Assembly (NCBI GenBank): GCA_902777435.1
Contig: CACYTW010000001.1
Location: 1-53,761, forward strand
DNA length: 53,761 nt
Direction: 5' to 3'
Origin: an uncultured Ruminococcus sp.
GTDB taxonomy: Bacteria; Bacillota; Clostridia; Monoglobales; Monoglobaceae
Shown here: in pieces, positions 24,104 to 34,425 of the stretch
Layout of the letters: the number at the start of each line of letters is the position of its first letter
Numbering within the stretch: the stretch's first letter is position 1
Program-made: the position numbers and the translations under genes
The notes under the pieces: generated by a model
Told to the model about the DNA's origin: nothing
The model's input: only the letters and a program-made list of their open reading frames with translations
Databases searched by the model: none

Positions 24104-25097
24104 TGATAACCTCTCCTTCTATCTGTTCATCCGTAATTCCCGGATTAATAATCTTATTTAAAACAAGCGTCTGCACTATGGCAAGAATATTACTTACTAT
24201 CCAATACAAGCCGATTGCAGCAGGCAAGGTAAATGCAAACCAAGCCGACATAAGCGGCATCATAACCATCATACTCTTCATCGGGTTTGACACCTCATTG
24301 CCGTCTTTATCCACCTGTGGCTGTTGCTGAGGCTGCATTGCCTGAGAGAGCTTAGATGAAGCATATGCACTTACGCCCGACAATGCAGGTATAATCCACA
24401 ATCCTGCCGTCTGTGCCGTAATACCATCTATTCTTCCGATAAACAATTTTAAGAATGCACTCAAATTAGGTGTTTGCGACAAATCAAGGCCTAAGAAATC
24501 AAAGTTGATTATAGTCAGGTTTTTGCCTGTTTCGGTAATCCAATGGTTTGCCATAATCTCCGGATTTATATGCAAAAATCTTGCAATCTGAATTTCATAC
24601 ATACCAAACATCTTATAGGCATTATCTGTCAATTGATTGAGTGAGTCTATACCCAGGGCAGACATAAAGCTCTGCATACGCGTAGGATCACCCTCTGCCC
24701 ACTCAACAACTGCACTTACTATTCTCCAAACGTCATCTGCACCAAAGCCCATAATATATACAACAGGCTTTCTGACAACCCAATAAAGCATCATTAAGAT
24801 AGGAAGCTGTATCAACATCGGCAAGCAACCGCTCATAGGATTGATCTTATACTTCTGATAAAGCTTCATTGTTTCTTGGTTCAGCTTTTCTTTATCGTTG
24901 GCATACTTCTGCTGAATTTCCATCATAAGAGGCTGAAGCTTTTGAGTTTTAAGCATAGACCTCTGCTGTTTCACGGTCAAAGGCATAAGCAACACCTTAA
25001 TCAAAACGGTGAACAAAATTAAAGCAATACCATAATTTCCCGTGAAAACACTGCATATTTTAAGCACCCACCCGAGTAGCATCATTATGTAGGACAA
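24069..25097 (-). CDS. yidC: Membrane protein insertase YidC
   Basis: 342 aa. MKLYQKYKINPMSGCLPMLIQLPI motif. Confidence 0.9.
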   Translation of the reverse strand: MSYIMMLLGWVLKICSVFTGNYGIALILFTVLIKVLLMPLTVKQQRSMLKTQKLQPLMMEIQQKYANDKEKLNQETMKLYQKYKINPMSGCLPMLIQLPILMMLYWVVRKPVVYIMGFGADDVWRIVSAVVEWAEGDPTRMQSFMSALGIDSLNQLTDNAYKMFGMYEIQIARFLHINPEIMANHWITETGKNLTIINFDFLGLDLSQTPNLSAFLKLFIGRIDGITAQTAGLWIIPALSGVSAYASSKLSQAMQPQQQPQVDKDGNEVSNPMKSMMVMMPLMSAWFAFTLPAAIGLYWIVSNILAIVQTLVLNKIINPGITDEQIEGEVINAKKNRKKRKK

Positions 25098-25132
25098 TGT
25101 ATCTTCCTCCTTAGTACGAATGTTGTAGTTAA

Positions 25133-25339
25133 TTACGGATAATCAATTCCGCCATCGTTTAACGGATTGCATCTGATTATTCTTAAAATCGCTTTTAAAA
25201 CACCCTTGCAAACTCCATACTTTTCAATAGCCATAATTGCATACTGCGAACAAGTCGGATAAAATCTGCAACAGGGTCGCTTAAGCGGCGAGATATGTTT
25301 TTGATAAAACTTAATACCGTCAATCAAAATCTTTTTCAT
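25133..25339 (-). CDS. yidD: Membrane protein insertion efficiency factor YidD
   Basis: 68 aa. [23 protein letters not shown] signature. Confidence 0.9.
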   Translation of the reverse strand: MKKILIDGIKFYQKHISPLKRPCCRFYPTCSQYAIMAIEKYGVCKGVLKAILRIIRCNPLNDGGIDYP

Positions 25340-25343
25340 AATA

Positions 25344-25682
25344 TCAATTCTCTTTAAGACCTAATTCTGCTACGGCAGAGTCAAAATCCTTTTTTACCTT
25401 TGCCGCATCTGCAGAAATTATTGCAGTTCTCGCAACGACACAAACATCTTTTCCTGATATAAAACCATCTTTGGCAATCCTGAACAGTTCGCGTATTCTG
25501 CGCTTGGCACGATTTCTTGATACAGCTCCGCCAATTTTCTTGCTCGCCGTTATTCCGAGCCTAATCTTACCTTTTTTGCCTGCGGCAGAGTACACAACCA
25601 TTGTGGGTCTGACCGCACTCTTGCCCTTGCGGTACAACCTTTGAAAATCCGAATTTCTTTTTAAGCTGATAATTTTTGACAT
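25344..25682 (-). CDS. rnpA: Ribonuclease P protein component
   Basis: ORF 25344..25700, start probably at the ATG at 25682 ([14 protein letters not shown]). Contains the RNR motif [13 protein letters not shown]. Confidence 0.85.
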   Translation of the reverse strand: MSKIISLKRNSDFQRLYRKGKSAVRPTMVVYSAAGKKGKIRLGITASKKIGGAVSRNRAKRRIRELFRIAKDGFISGKDVCVVARTAIISADAAKVKKDFDSAVAELGLKEN

Positions 25683-25760
25683 ATTTTCACTCTTAAACAT
25701 TAAATTGGAAAATATTATAATAAATTTTCCATATAGACAAAAAGACGCCCGAAGCGTCTT

Positions 25761-25895
25761 TTATGCGGACAGCTTCTTTCTGCCCTTAAGTCTTCTTCTT
25801 GCTAAGACTTTGCGACCATTTTTAGTGCTCATTCTCTTTCTGAAACCGTGTTCCTTTGCACGATGTCTCTTTTTAGGTTGGTATGTTCTAAGCAT
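25761..25895 (-). CDS. rpmH: 50S ribosomal protein L34
   Basis: 44 aa, below the ORF-track cutoff: [54 protein letters not shown]. Confidence 0.92.
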   Translation of the reverse strand: MLRTYQPKKRHRAKEHGFRKRMSTKNGRKVLARRRLKGRKKLSA

Positions 25896-25952
25896 TCCTA
25901 CCCCTCCTTCTATATAATAAGTATTAAATTATTTCATACGAAAATCTATATT

Positions 25953-25981
25953 ATTTTATCACGTTTTTTAATAAAAGTCAA
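25953..25981 (-). promoter_or_regulatory. Candidate promoter of rpmH operon
   Basis: On the minus strand: TTGACT, 17 nt, TAAAAT. Confidence 0.5.
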
Positions 25982-26024
25982 GTCTTTTTACTCAATCTCT
26001 TAAAAATTATGTTTTGTAATGATA

Positions 26025-27155
26025 TTATAATATCATTGTATTATCATCCTTGATTGGTCTTTCTGCATTATCATCAGGTGATTTTGCATTTTCTGTTCCG
26101 TTTTCGCCCTCAAATTTGACTTTTATACTTCCCAATCCGTCAGAAAACCTTTGTATTTTATTTGCAATTCTTTCTCTCTCGCTTCCGCTTGCCGGAGTTG
26201 GCTGATAGTTATTCCTTGATGTTGTTGACGAAATCGAACAGGGTATCACTTTGTAATCATCATATGCGGCAACTTTTCCGTCCTTGAATGTAAAGGTCTG
26301 TTGATATATCATACTATCCTTGTCTCTTGGATTTTGATTGCCGCCAAAGCAAAAGTTACCCATACTATACGCTATCATTCTGCCGTTGTAGCACTCCAAC
26401 CCCTGCAACACGTGGGGGTGATGCCCTATAACCAAGTCTGCGCCCAAATCTATCGCCCTGTGAGCAAGTGTTTTTTGCTCTGCCTCAGGGTAATTTTCGC
26501 CTTCAATTCCCCAATGTATTTGAACTAAAATTAGTTCTGCGCCATCATTTTTAACCTGTTCTATGGCTTTTGGCATATTTCCCTCAGCACTCTTATCCAA
26601 ATCGTATAAGCCAACAAGCCCGACCTTAATTCCGTTTACATCTATTACCTTGGTATTCAAATTCTCAAACCAAACTACACCTGCGTCCTCAAGATATTGC
26701 TTAGTGTCCTCTTGGCTGACACTGCCGTAATCCTTACTGTGATTATTGGCAAGTGTTACCGCCTCCACAGAACCGCTTGTCAGTATTTCTGTATATTTAG
26801 GGTTCCCCTTAAACGCAAATGTTTTATCCTGACGCGTTCCTCTTTCGGTCAGAGTTCCCTCAAAATTCACTATTGTCAAATCATCATTTGCAAAATACGG
26901 CTGAACATTTTTTAAAAAGTAGCTGTAATCATAGTTTTGATTTTTCACCTCGTCAGGTAATGTTCCGCCGCCAAAGTTTACATCTGTTCCGAGTGTGCAA
27001 TCACCTGCACAAGTAATTGTAATCTTTTTTTCTGTTTCAGTCTTATTTTTGCTTATCTTTACCGACGGCTTATCTGCACCTCCGTCGCAGGCACATATAA
27101 GCACCGCCAAGCCAAAAATAACAAAAAACAGAATACCTTTCTTTATAATAGACAT
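26025..27155 (-). CDS. CapA/PGA_cap-family metallophosphatase-like lipoprotein
   Basis: Start at 27155 after GGGAGG. Lipobox LICAC, GHHPH and NHS motifs. Confidence 0.75.
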   Translation of the reverse strand: MSIIKKGILFFVIFGLAVLICACDGGADKPSVKISKNKTETEKKITITCAGDCTLGTDVNFGGGTLPDEVKNQNYDYSYFLKNVQPYFANDDLTIVNFEGTLTERGTRQDKTFAFKGNPKYTEILTSGSVEAVTLANNHSKDYGSVSQEDTKQYLEDAGVVWFENLNTKVIDVNGIKVGLVGLYDLDKSAEGNMPKAIEQVKNDGAELILVQIHWGIEGENYPEAEQKTLAHRAIDLGADLVIGHHPHVLQGLECYNGRMIAYSMGNFCFGGNQNPRDKDSMIYQQTFTFKDGKVAAYDDYKVIPCSISSTTSRNNYQPTPASGSERERIANKIQRFSDGLGSIKVKFEGENGTENAKSPDDNAERPIKDDNTMIL

Positions 27156-27174
27156 AGTTTCCTCCCAACAGAGC

Positions 27175-27201
27175 AAAAAGTCGGGACAAGCCCGACTTTT
27201 T
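27175..27201 (-). terminator. Rho-independent terminator after infA
   Basis: GTCGGG-loop-CCCGAC with A/T-extended arms, followed by a U-run on the minus strand. Confidence 0.7.
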
Positions 27202-27208
27202 CACGCAC

Positions 27209-27427
27209 CTATTTCGCTCTCCAAGTAATTCTTCCTTTTGTAAGGTCGTATGGTGATATTTCAACCGTAACTTTATCTCCGGGCAAAATTCTGATAAAAT
27301 GCATTCTTAATTTACCTGAAATATGCGCTAATATCTGATGTCCGTTTTCAAGTTCGACCTTAAACATAGCATTCGGTAACGCTTCAAGAACGGTTCCTTC
27401 AACTTCCAAAACATCTTCCTTTGACAT
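27209..27427 (-). CDS. infA: Translation initiation factor IF-1
   Basis: 72 aa: [30 protein letters not shown]... Confidence 0.95.
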   Translation of the reverse strand: MSKEDVLEVEGTVLEALPNAMFKVELENGHQILAHISGKLRMHFIRILPGDKVTVEISPYDLTKGRITWRAK

Positions 27428-27442
27428 ACAAAACTCCCTCCC

Positions 27443-27697
27443 TTAAATTAATTCTATCAAGCGTTTTATCTCACGTCTGATATTTGCATCAACCGCATAT
27501 GGCGGTACTTTATTTATAATCTCTGTATATAAGCCCATAGGTCTTATATGCTTAATTTTCTTCTTCTTGTTTTTGGCAATCTTTCTTCTTTTGCCGTCAC
27601 AGATGGTTACAAACCCGTCTGCCACCTCCGTCACAATAAAGTAATCGCCCTTATCGTGACCCCAAAGGGAAAGCACCAACTCTCCAACAGATACCAC
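27443..27697 (-). CDS. KOW domain-containing RNA-binding protein
   Basis: 84 aa, in the map-infA position typical of Clostridia. Confidence 0.65.
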   Translation of the reverse strand: MVSVGELVLSLWGHDKGDYFIVTEVADGFVTICDGKRRKIAKNKKKKIKHIRPMGLYTEIINKVPPYAVDANIRREIKRLIELI

Positions 27698-27717
27698 GAA
27701 CTATACCTCCGCAATTC

Positions 27718-28467
27718 TTATTTCGGGAGAGTGAGCAAATATGGTTCTCCGTTTGTAACAAGCACAGAATTTTCATAATGTGCTGTCAATCCCCCGTCCT
27801 TTGTTATAACAGTCCAATCATTGTCCGCAACATATACTTGATGATCAAACTGACATACCATAGGTTCTATTGCAAGACACATACCCGGCTTTATGCGGAT
27901 ACCTCTTGCCGAAGTCACATAGTTAGGTATCTCAGGGTCCTCGTGCATTTCTGCACCTACACCGTGACCGCAATAATTTCTCAGAACAGAATATCCGTTT
28001 TTCTCCACATAATTTTGAATAGCCGCCGATATATCTCTTATTCTGTTATTATCACGCACATAATTCAAGCCTTCAAAAAAGCTCTGCCTTGTAACGTCGA
28101 TAAGTCTTTGCGCCTCCTCAGATATCTGACCTACGCCAAAAGTCCTTGCCGCATCGCCGTTATATCCCTTGTAGCACGCACCGACATCAACGCAGATTAT
28201 ATCTCCTTCTTCAAGCACACGCGAGCTTGGAAAACCGTGAATTATCTCATCGTTTACACTTGCACATATGCTTGCGGGAAAACCGCCGTAGCCTTTGAAA
28301 CTGGGCGTGCATCCTTGCGATCTGATGTACTTCTCTGCAATTTTGTCAAGTTCAGCAGTTGTAACTCCCGGTTTGACAGCTTCCTCCACTGCACACAATG
28401 CACCATAGGTTACAAGCCCTGCCGTCTTCATCTTTTCGATTTCTGATTTTGATTTAATTGTTACCAT
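27718..28467 (-). CDS. map: Type I methionine aminopeptidase
   Basis: 249 aa with the motifs DIICVDVGA, GHGVG and LAIEPM. Confidence 0.95.
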   Translation of the reverse strand: MVTIKSKSEIEKMKTAGLVTYGALCAVEEAVKPGVTTAELDKIAEKYIRSQGCTPSFKGYGGFPASICASVNDEIIHGFPSSRVLEEGDIICVDVGACYKGYNGDAARTFGVGQISEEAQRLIDVTRQSFFEGLNYVRDNNRIRDISAAIQNYVEKNGYSVLRNYCGHGVGAEMHEDPEIPNYVTSARGIRIKPGMCLAIEPMVCQFDHQVYVADNDWTVITKDGGLTAHYENSVLVTNGEPYLLTLPK

Positions 28468-28491
28468 ATTATCACAGCCTCAATCAGTTAT

Positions 28492-28516
28492 GTAGTTCGG
28501 GCAGTGTCTGCCCGAA
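28492..28516 (+). repeat. GTAG-headed hairpin in the adk-map spacer
   Basis: GTAG-TTCGGGCAG-tgt-CTGCCCGAA, 9-bp stem. Confidence 0.4.
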
Positions 28517-28525
28517 AAATACTTA

Positions 28526-29158
28526 TTATTCACCAAGAGCCTTCAGCACTTCTGCTGTTGTGTCAGCAATTTCATTCTGACCCTTAGCAGTACGCAACAT
28601 ACCCTTGCTTGCATAATATTCAATAAGGGGTTCCGTCTGAGTGTGATAAACATTTAACCTGCTCTTAACTGTTTCGGGCTTATCATCCTCTCTGCAAGTC
28701 AATTTCCCTCCGCAGTTATCACATATTCCGTCAACTTTTGGCTTTCTGTGCTCATTATGGAAAGTTGTTCCGCACTTTGAACACTCTAATCTGCCTGACA
28801 ATCTATCTATAATTACATCGTCAGGTACATCTATATTTAAAACATAATCAATTTTTATATCAGACTCATCAAGTTTTTCTGCCTGGGCAAGTGTCCTTGG
28901 AAAGCCGTCAAGTATAAATCCGTTTTTACAGTCATCTTCTGCAAGTCGAGCATCCATAACCTTTATCATTATATCATCCGGAATGAGTTTGCCATCGTCA
29001 ATATACGTTTTAGCTATTTTACCTAATTCTGTTCCGTCTTTAATATTCTTTCTGAGTATTGCACCTGTTGAGATTGAAGGAATACCGAAATGTTCGCACA
29101 ACTTTTCTGCCTGAGTTCCTTTGCCTGCCCCCGGTGCTGCTAATAATATAAGCTTCAT
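28526..29158 (-). CDS. adk: Adenylate kinase
   Basis: Start at 29158 after AAGGAGG. GAPGAGKGTQ P-loop and a Cys4 lid. Confidence 0.95.
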   Translation of the reverse strand: MKLILLAAPGAGKGTQAEKLCEHFGIPSISTGAILRKNIKDGTELGKIAKTYIDDGKLIPDDIMIKVMDARLAEDDCKNGFILDGFPRTLAQAEKLDESDIKIDYVLNIDVPDDVIIDRLSGRLECSKCGTTFHNEHRKPKVDGICDNCGGKLTCREDDKPETVKSRLNVYHTQTEPLIEYYASKGMLRTAKGQNEIADTTAEVLKALGE

Positions 29159-29258
29159 AATGAAATTACTCCTCCTTAACCTAATTTCCATATAAACGGA
29201 TAGAGCAGAACCTTCACCTGACTAAAAAGGTGGCGTTTCTACTCTCTTTTTAAATTTT

Positions 29259-29297
29259 ACAGTTATTTTGCAGGGATAATCCCTACAAAATAACTGT
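29259..29297 (-). repeat. 39-nt near-perfect palindrome in the secY-adk spacer, containing GTAGGGA
   Basis: On the minus strand: ACAGTTATTTTGTAGGGAT-t-ATCCCTGCAAAATAACTGT. The single non-Watson-Crick position is G-U on the minus strand only. Confidence 0.5.
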
Positions 29298-29307
29298 TTT
29301 ATTTAAT

Positions 29308-30588
29308 TTACTCCAAAAAACCTTTGTAATGACGCATAAGCATCTGTGATTCAATTCCCTTAACCGTCTCAAGTGCAACACCTACTACAATCAAGAGAGA
29401 TGTACCACCGATTGAGAAGTTGGAAATGTGTAATCCAAGGTTCATAAATATCGGAATAACTGCGATAACACCTAAGAAGAATGCTCCCGCAAGAGTAACC
29501 TTAGAAAGTGTATTTGCAATGTAATCCGATGTTGGCCTGCCCGGTCTGATACCTGGGATAAAACCGCCGTTCTTCTTCATATTATTTGACATTTCAATCG
29601 GATTAAACTGAATTGCCGTATAGAAATATGTGAAGAATATAATAAGCAAGAAATAAAGTACAGCATATACCCAGGACTGACCTGAGAATACCCACAAAAA
29701 TCCGCCCCAGAAACCGCCGCTGCTTGCACTCTTACCGAAGAAGCTTGCAATAGTACCGGGGAATGCCATAATTGACATAGCAAAAATGATAGGAATAACG
29801 CCGGCACCTGCAACCTTAATCGGTATGTGTGTGCTCTGACCGCCATACATTTTTCTGCCTACTACACGTTTTGCATACTGAACAGGCAAACGACGCTCTG
29901 CTTCGTTCATCATTACAACAAACGCAACAACTAAAATCATAAATACGACAATGGCTGCCACCATAATCCAATTAAGCGTACCGCCTTCTACATATGCATA
30001 AAGTGATGTGAACATACTTGGAAGTCTTGAAACAATACCCGCAAAAATAATGAGGGAAATTCCGTTACCAACACCCTTTTCAGTAATCTGTTCACCAAGC
30101 CACATAAGAAACGCAGTTCCTGCTGTGAATGTAGAGATAATAACAACAGCTGAACCAAAACCCGGGGTTGTAACTGCGTTATAGCTCTTAAGCAAGAAAT
30201 AAAGTCCAATTGCCTGAATGAGAGCCAAAACAACTGTTCCGTATCTCATTATCTGAGCAATCTTTTTTCTACCGTCTTCACCTTCGCGCTGCATTCTTTC
30301 AAGTGCAGGAATAGCCACACATAAAAGCTGCATAATAATCGAAGAGTTAATGTACGGTGTAATACCCATAGCGAAGATTGTTGCATTCTGGAACGCACCA
30401 CCTGATACTATGTCTATAAAACCGAACATTGAATTTTCACCGCTGAAAAGCTGACTCATCTGTGATGGATCAAGGAGCGGAACAGGTATACAAGAGCCCA
30501 ATCTGAAAATTACCAACATTACCAATGTATAGATAAGCTTTTTTCTCAGATCAACAATCTTCCACGCATTTCTAATTGTTTCGAACAT
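29308..30588 (-). CDS. secY: Preprotein translocase subunit SecY
   Basis: 426-aa polytopic protein in the conserved spc operon position. Confidence 0.95.
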   Translation of the reverse strand: MFETIRNAWKIVDLRKKLIYTLVMLVIFRLGSCIPVPLLDPSQMSQLFSGENSMFGFIDIVSGGAFQNATIFAMGITPYINSSIIMQLLCVAIPALERMQREGEDGRKKIAQIMRYGTVVLALIQAIGLYFLLKSYNAVTTPGFGSAVVIISTFTAGTAFLMWLGEQITEKGVGNGISLIIFAGIVSRLPSMFTSLYAYVEGGTLNWIMVAAIVVFMILVVAFVVMMNEAERRLPVQYAKRVVGRKMYGGQSTHIPIKVAGAGVIPIIFAMSIMAFPGTIASFFGKSASSGGFWGGFLWVFSGQSWVYAVLYFLLIIFFTYFYTAIQFNPIEMSNNMKKNGGFIPGIRPGRPTSDYIANTLSKVTLAGAFFLGVIAVIPIFMNLGLHISNFSIGGTSLLIVVGVALETVKGIESQMLMRHYKGFLE

Positions 30589-30589
30589 C

Positions 30590-31030
30590 TTATACCACCT
30601 CAGCCTTTCCGCCGGCAGCCTCTATTTTCTCTGCCGCAGTTTTACTAAATCTTTTAGCCTTTACAGTCAGCTTCTTATTGAGCTCACCTCTGCCGAGAAT
30701 AACTATTCCGTCACAAATCTTTGAGATGATACCTGCCTCTTTTAATGCCTCAGCGGTAACCTCAGTACCATTTTCAAAATTATTGAGCATCTCAACATTG
30801 ATTGAAACATATTTCTTAGCGAAAATGTTATTAAAACCACGCTTCGGCAATCTTCTGTAAATAGGCATCTGACCGCCTTCAAAACCGGGACGTACACCGC
30901 CGCCGCTTCTGGCATTCTGACCCTTGTGACCTCTGCCTGCTGTCTTACCATTGCCGCTGCCGTGACCTCTGCCTACTCTGAAAGCCTTTTTCTTAGAGCC
31001 TTCGCTCGGAGATAATTCGTGAAGTTTCAT
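30590..31030 (-). CDS. rplO: 50S ribosomal protein L15
   Basis: Start at [12 protein letters not shown] (31030). GRGHGSG motif. Confidence 0.93.
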   Translation of the reverse strand: MKLHELSPSEGSKKKAFRVGRGHGSGNGKTAGRGHKGQNARSGGGVRPGFEGGQMPIYRRLPKRGFNNIFAKKYVSINVEMLNNFENGTEVTAEALKEAGIISKICDGIVILGRGELNKKLTVKAKRFSKTAAEKIEAAGGKAEVV

Positions 31031-31100
31031 TGAGTACACCTCCTCCTTTTTTATCGAAATCAAAGTTTTACGGGCATTGCCCGAACATTCCATAAATTAA

Positions 31101-31280
31101 TTACTCGGATACTTCAACCAGGTGTTTTACCTTGAATATCATTCCTCTTATTTGAGGATTATCAGGATGTTCTACACTCTGTCTGATTTTTTTAAGGCCA
31201 AGTGCTTCTACTGTTGCAATCTGGTCTTTCTTGCATCCGATTGTGCTCTTTTTAAGAGTAATTTTAATCGTATTAGCCAA
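31101..31280 (-). CDS. rpmD: 50S ribosomal protein L30
   Basis: 59 aa, below the track cutoff. TTG start 7 nt after GGAGGG. (M)[30 protein letters not shown]... Confidence 0.8.
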   Translation of the reverse strand: MANTIKITLKKSTIGCKKDQIATVEALGLKKIRQSVEHPDNPQIRGMIFKVKHLVEVSE

Positions 31281-31309
31281 GGATAAACCCTCCTGTCCTT
31301 ATATTTTAA

Positions 31310-31840
31310 TTAACCGAGGATTTCCTCCGGTTTCTTACCACGAAGCTGAGAAACCTCTTCAACACTCTTAAGTGATGCAAGTCCCTCAATCGTAGCTGCA
31401 ACAACATTCTTAGGATTGTTACTGCGTAAACATTTAGTTCTTATATCTCTGATACCTGCAAGTTCAAGTACCGCACGTGCGGGACCGCCCGCTATAACAC
31501 CGGTACCTTCTGCAGCCGGCTTTAAGAGAACTCTTCCTGCACCGGATTCACCGATGATTTCGTGAGGAATTGTACTCTTATACATAGGAACGGTAATCAT
31601 ATTCTTCTTTGCGTCATCTATACCCTTACGGATAGCATCCGGAATTTCAGCAGCCTTGCCCATTCCGCATCCAACGTGACCTTTACCGTCGCCTACAACC
31701 ATCAAAGCACTGAAACGGAAAGTACGTCCGCCCTTTACAACCTTTGCAACACGGTTAAGATGTACCATCTTTTCCTGCAAATCAAGGGTATCTGCTTCAA
31801 TGCGTTCCTGCTTCTTTGTGATTTCGCCTTTCTCTGCCAT
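31310..31840 (-). CDS. rpsE: 30S ribosomal protein S5
   Basis: Start at MAEKGE (31840). [15 protein letters not shown] motif. Confidence 0.93.
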   Translation of the reverse strand: MAEKGEITKKQERIEADTLDLQEKMVHLNRVAKVVKGGRTFRFSALMVVGDGKGHVGCGMGKAAEIPDAIRKGIDDAKKNMITVPMYKSTIPHEIIGESGAGRVLLKPAAEGTGVIAGGPARAVLELAGIRDIRTKCLRSNNPKNVVAATIEGLASLKSVEEVSQLRGKKPEEILG

Positions 31841-31865
31841 TAATCTTTCACCTCTTTCAAACAAA

Positions 31866-32228
31866 TTAGAATTTCAGTCCGCCCTCGCGAGCTCCCTCAG
31901 CGAGTTCTGCAACTCTGCCGTGGTATACATATCCGCCTCTGTCAAATACAACTTCAGAAATTCCGGCAGCTAATGCTTTCTTTGCAACAAGTGCACCGAC
32001 AGCCTTTGCTGCGTCCTTGTTTCCGCCGTAATTTGCCTTTAATTCTGCGTCAAGAGACGATGCAGAAACCAAAGTCTTACCTGCTGTATCATCAATGATT
32101 TGAGCGTATATGTTTTTAAGACTTCTGTATACACACAATCTCGGTACTTCAGCTGTTCCTGAAACCTTTTTACGAACTCTTGCGTGTCTTGCGAGTCTTG
32201 ATACATTACTGTTTACCTTCTTAATCAT
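31866..32228 (-). CDS. rplR: 50S ribosomal protein L18
   Basis: 120 aa. Sequence and operon order. Confidence 0.95.
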   Translation of the reverse strand: MIKKVNSNVSRLARHARVRKKVSGTAEVPRLCVYRSLKNIYAQIIDDTAGKTLVSASSLDAELKANYGGNKDAAKAVGALVAKKALAAGISEVVFDRGGYVYHGRVAELAEGAREGGLKF

Positions 32229-32252
32229 TAAGTTACACCTCCTGACGGTCTA

Positions 32253-32798
32253 TTACTTCTTAGAACCTGCCTTACCTTCCTTACGTCTGATATGTTCATC
32301 AACGTATTTAATACCTTTACCCTTGTAAGGCTCAGGCGGTCTCTTCTCGCGAACGTTTGCCGCAAACTGACCAACCTTTTGTTTATCCGGACCTGAAATG
32401 ATTATCTGGTTCGGCTGAGGAACATCAATTGTAATTCCATCGATTTCTTCCATCTCTACCTGATGTGAATAACCAAGGTTCATTACAAGCTTCTTTCCCT
32501 GTTTTGCAGCTCTGTAACCAACACCGTTGATTTCAAGCTCCTTTTTAAATAGTTCATTTGTGCCGACAATCATATTGTTGAGTAATGTTCTTGTCAAACC
32601 GTGAAGAGCTCTGTGCTCTTTCTTGTCTGAAGGACGCTTTACTTCAATTATATTGCCGTTCTGTTCTATAATCATATCCTGTGAGAACTGTCTTGAAAGC
32701 TCTCCCTTAGGACCCTTTACGGTAACTTCATTGTTTGTACCGATTGTAACTGTAACGCCTGCAGGCACTTCAATCGGTGAATTTCCTATACGTGACAA
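32253..32798 (-). CDS. rplF: 50S ribosomal protein L6
   Basis: 181 aa. [15 protein letters not shown]. Confidence 0.95.
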   Translation of the reverse strand: MSRIGNSPIEVPAGVTVTIGTNNEVTVKGPKGELSRQFSQDMIIEQNGNIIEVKRPSDKKEHRALHGLTRTLLNNMIVGTNELFKKELEINGVGYRAAKQGKKLVMNLGYSHQVEMEEIDGITIDVPQPNQIIISGPDKQKVGQFAANVREKRPPEPYKGKGIKYVDEHIRRKEGKAGSKK

Positions 32799-32831
32799 TG
32801 AATTCTCCTCCTTTCCTTGTAAGTCAAAATC

Positions 32832-33230
32832 TTACCAAACAAATGCCAATACTTCTCCGCCTACATTCTGACGGCGAGCTTCTTTATCAGTCATAACGCC
32901 CTTTGAAGTAGAGATAATTGCTATACCGAGTCCCTTGAGTACCTTAGGGAGCTCATCTTTAGATGCGTAAGCACGAAGACCTGGCTTTGAAACTCTCTTT
33001 AATCCTGTCAATACCTTCTGCTTGTTCTCAGCATACTTAAGTGTTATACGAATGATACCCTGAATGTCGTCCTCTATGATTTCAACATTCTTTACGTATC
33101 CTTCTTTAAGCAAAATATCGGCTATTGCCTTTTTCATATTTGATGCGGGAATGTCAACAGTTTCGTGTCTTGCATCATTTGCATTTCTGATTCTTGTCAG
33201 CATATCCGCGATCGGATCTGTTATATGCAT
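32832..33230 (-). CDS. rpsH: 30S ribosomal protein S8
   Basis: 132 aa. [14 protein letters not shown]. Confidence 0.95.
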   Translation of the reverse strand: MHITDPIADMLTRIRNANDARHETVDIPASNMKKAIADILLKEGYVKNVEIIEDDIQGIIRITLKYAENKQKVLTGLKRVSKPGLRAYASKDELPKVLKGLGIAIISTSKGVMTDKEARRQNVGGEVLAFVW

Positions 33231-33324
33231 TGTTTAACCTCCTTTTTATCGGAATAGAAGTCGGTTTGACTGTCCGTAACAATCTATTGTTAGTCACCTG
33301 ACTTCTTCTTGATTTAATTTCAGA

Positions 33325-33510
33325 TTACCAAGACGCTTTCTTTACGCCGGGAATCTGTCCTTTGTAAGCGAGCTCACGGAAGCAGATTCTGCAGATACCG
33401 AACTTACGAAGGTAAGCGTGAGGTCTGCCGCAGATTTTACATCTGTTGTATTCACGTGTTGAATACTTCTGCTTTCTTTGCTGCTTTACAATCATAGATT
33501 TCTTAGCCAT
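33325..33510 (-). CDS. rpsN: 30S ribosomal protein S14 type Z
   Basis: 61 aa with CxxC...CxxC. Confidence 0.95.
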   Translation of the reverse strand: MAKKSMIVKQQRKQKYSTREYNRCKICGRPHAYLRKFGICRICFRELAYKGQIPGVKKASW

Positions 33511-33534
33511 AAGCTTTAATCCTCCTTATCGACA

Positions 33535-34071
33535 TTATCTTGTAAACGGTGCACCCATCAATGTAAGCAATTCTCTTGCTTCTTCGTCTGTTTCTGCAGT
33601 AGTAACAAAGATGATGTCCATTCCGCGGATTTTGTCAATCTTATCATAATCAATTTCAGGGAAGATAAGCTGTTCTTTGATACCGAGTGCATAGTTACCT
33701 CTGCCATCAAAAGAATTAGGATTAATTCCTCTGAAGTCACGTACACGCGGAAGTGCCGCATTGAAGAGTCTGTCTACGAACTCATACATCTTTGAACCTC
33801 TGAGTGTAACCTTACATCCGATGTTCATACCTTCTCTGATTTTAAATGTTGCGACAGACTTACGAGCCTTTGTGATAACGGGCTTCTGACCTGTTATTAA
33901 GCCTAAATCGTTTGCCGCACTCTCAACAGCCTTTGAATTTTCCTTTGCATCACCCACGCCCATATTGACAACAACCTTGTCGAGCTTAGGAATTTGCATT
34001 GTGCTCTTGTAATTATACTTTGACATCAAAGCGTCTTTGATTTCTTTTGTATACTTTTCTTCGAGTCTCAT
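33535..34071 (-). CDS. rplE: 50S ribosomal protein L5
   Basis: 178 aa. Sequence and operon order. Confidence 0.95.
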   Translation of the reverse strand: MRLEEKYTKEIKDALMSKYNYKSTMQIPKLDKVVVNMGVGDAKENSKAVESAANDLGLITGQKPVITKARKSVATFKIREGMNIGCKVTLRGSKMYEFVDRLFNAALPRVRDFRGINPNSFDGRGNYALGIKEQLIFPEIDYDKIDKIRGMDIIFVTTAETDEEARELLTLMGAPFTR

Positions 34072-34104
34072 TTAGAGTGAAACCTCCTTCCTCATCAAAT
34101 TCTA

Positions 34105-34425
34105 TTAAAATGTTTCGCCGCACTTTTTGCAGTAACGAACGTGTGTACCATCTTCCAATACCTTACGTCCTACTCTTGCTGCAGCATTGCATTTAGCGCA
34201 AACATTCATAACCTTACTTGCATATATTGGTGTTTCCTGCTTGATGATACCGCCGGCTTCTCCCATTCTTCTGGGCTTCTTGTGCTTGGTAGCCATCGAA
34301 ACACCTTCAACGATAACAGTACGTTTTTCAGGGTTTACAGATAATACCTTACCTTTTTTACCCTTGTCCTTACCGGACAAAACTACTACGTTATCACCTG
34401 TTCTAACGTGCATTTTGGTAGCCAT
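34105..34425 (-). CDS. rplX: 50S ribosomal protein L24
   Basis: 106 aa with a KOW motif and a C-terminal Cys-containing extension. Confidence 0.93.
   Translation of the reverse strand: MATKMHVRTGDNVVVLSGKDKGKKGKVLSVNPEKRTVIVEGVSMATKHKKPRRMGEAGGIIKQETPIYASKVMNVCAKCNAAARVGRKVLEDGTHVRYCKKCGETF

Noticed and set aside
26017-26036. 20-nt A/T-only palindrome (AATGATATtataATATCATT) at the capA-like stop codon as a terminator
   Set aside because: The stem is entirely A/T and no U-run follows on the transcribed strand, so the evidence is too weak.
27778-28446. 222-aa plus-strand ORF
   Set aside because: Entirely antisense to map. Other antisense shadows of clearly identified genes are rejected for the same reason: 45293..45922 (murI), 16208..16684 (fibre-like gene), 9515..9925, 44088..44522, 49223..49672 and similar.
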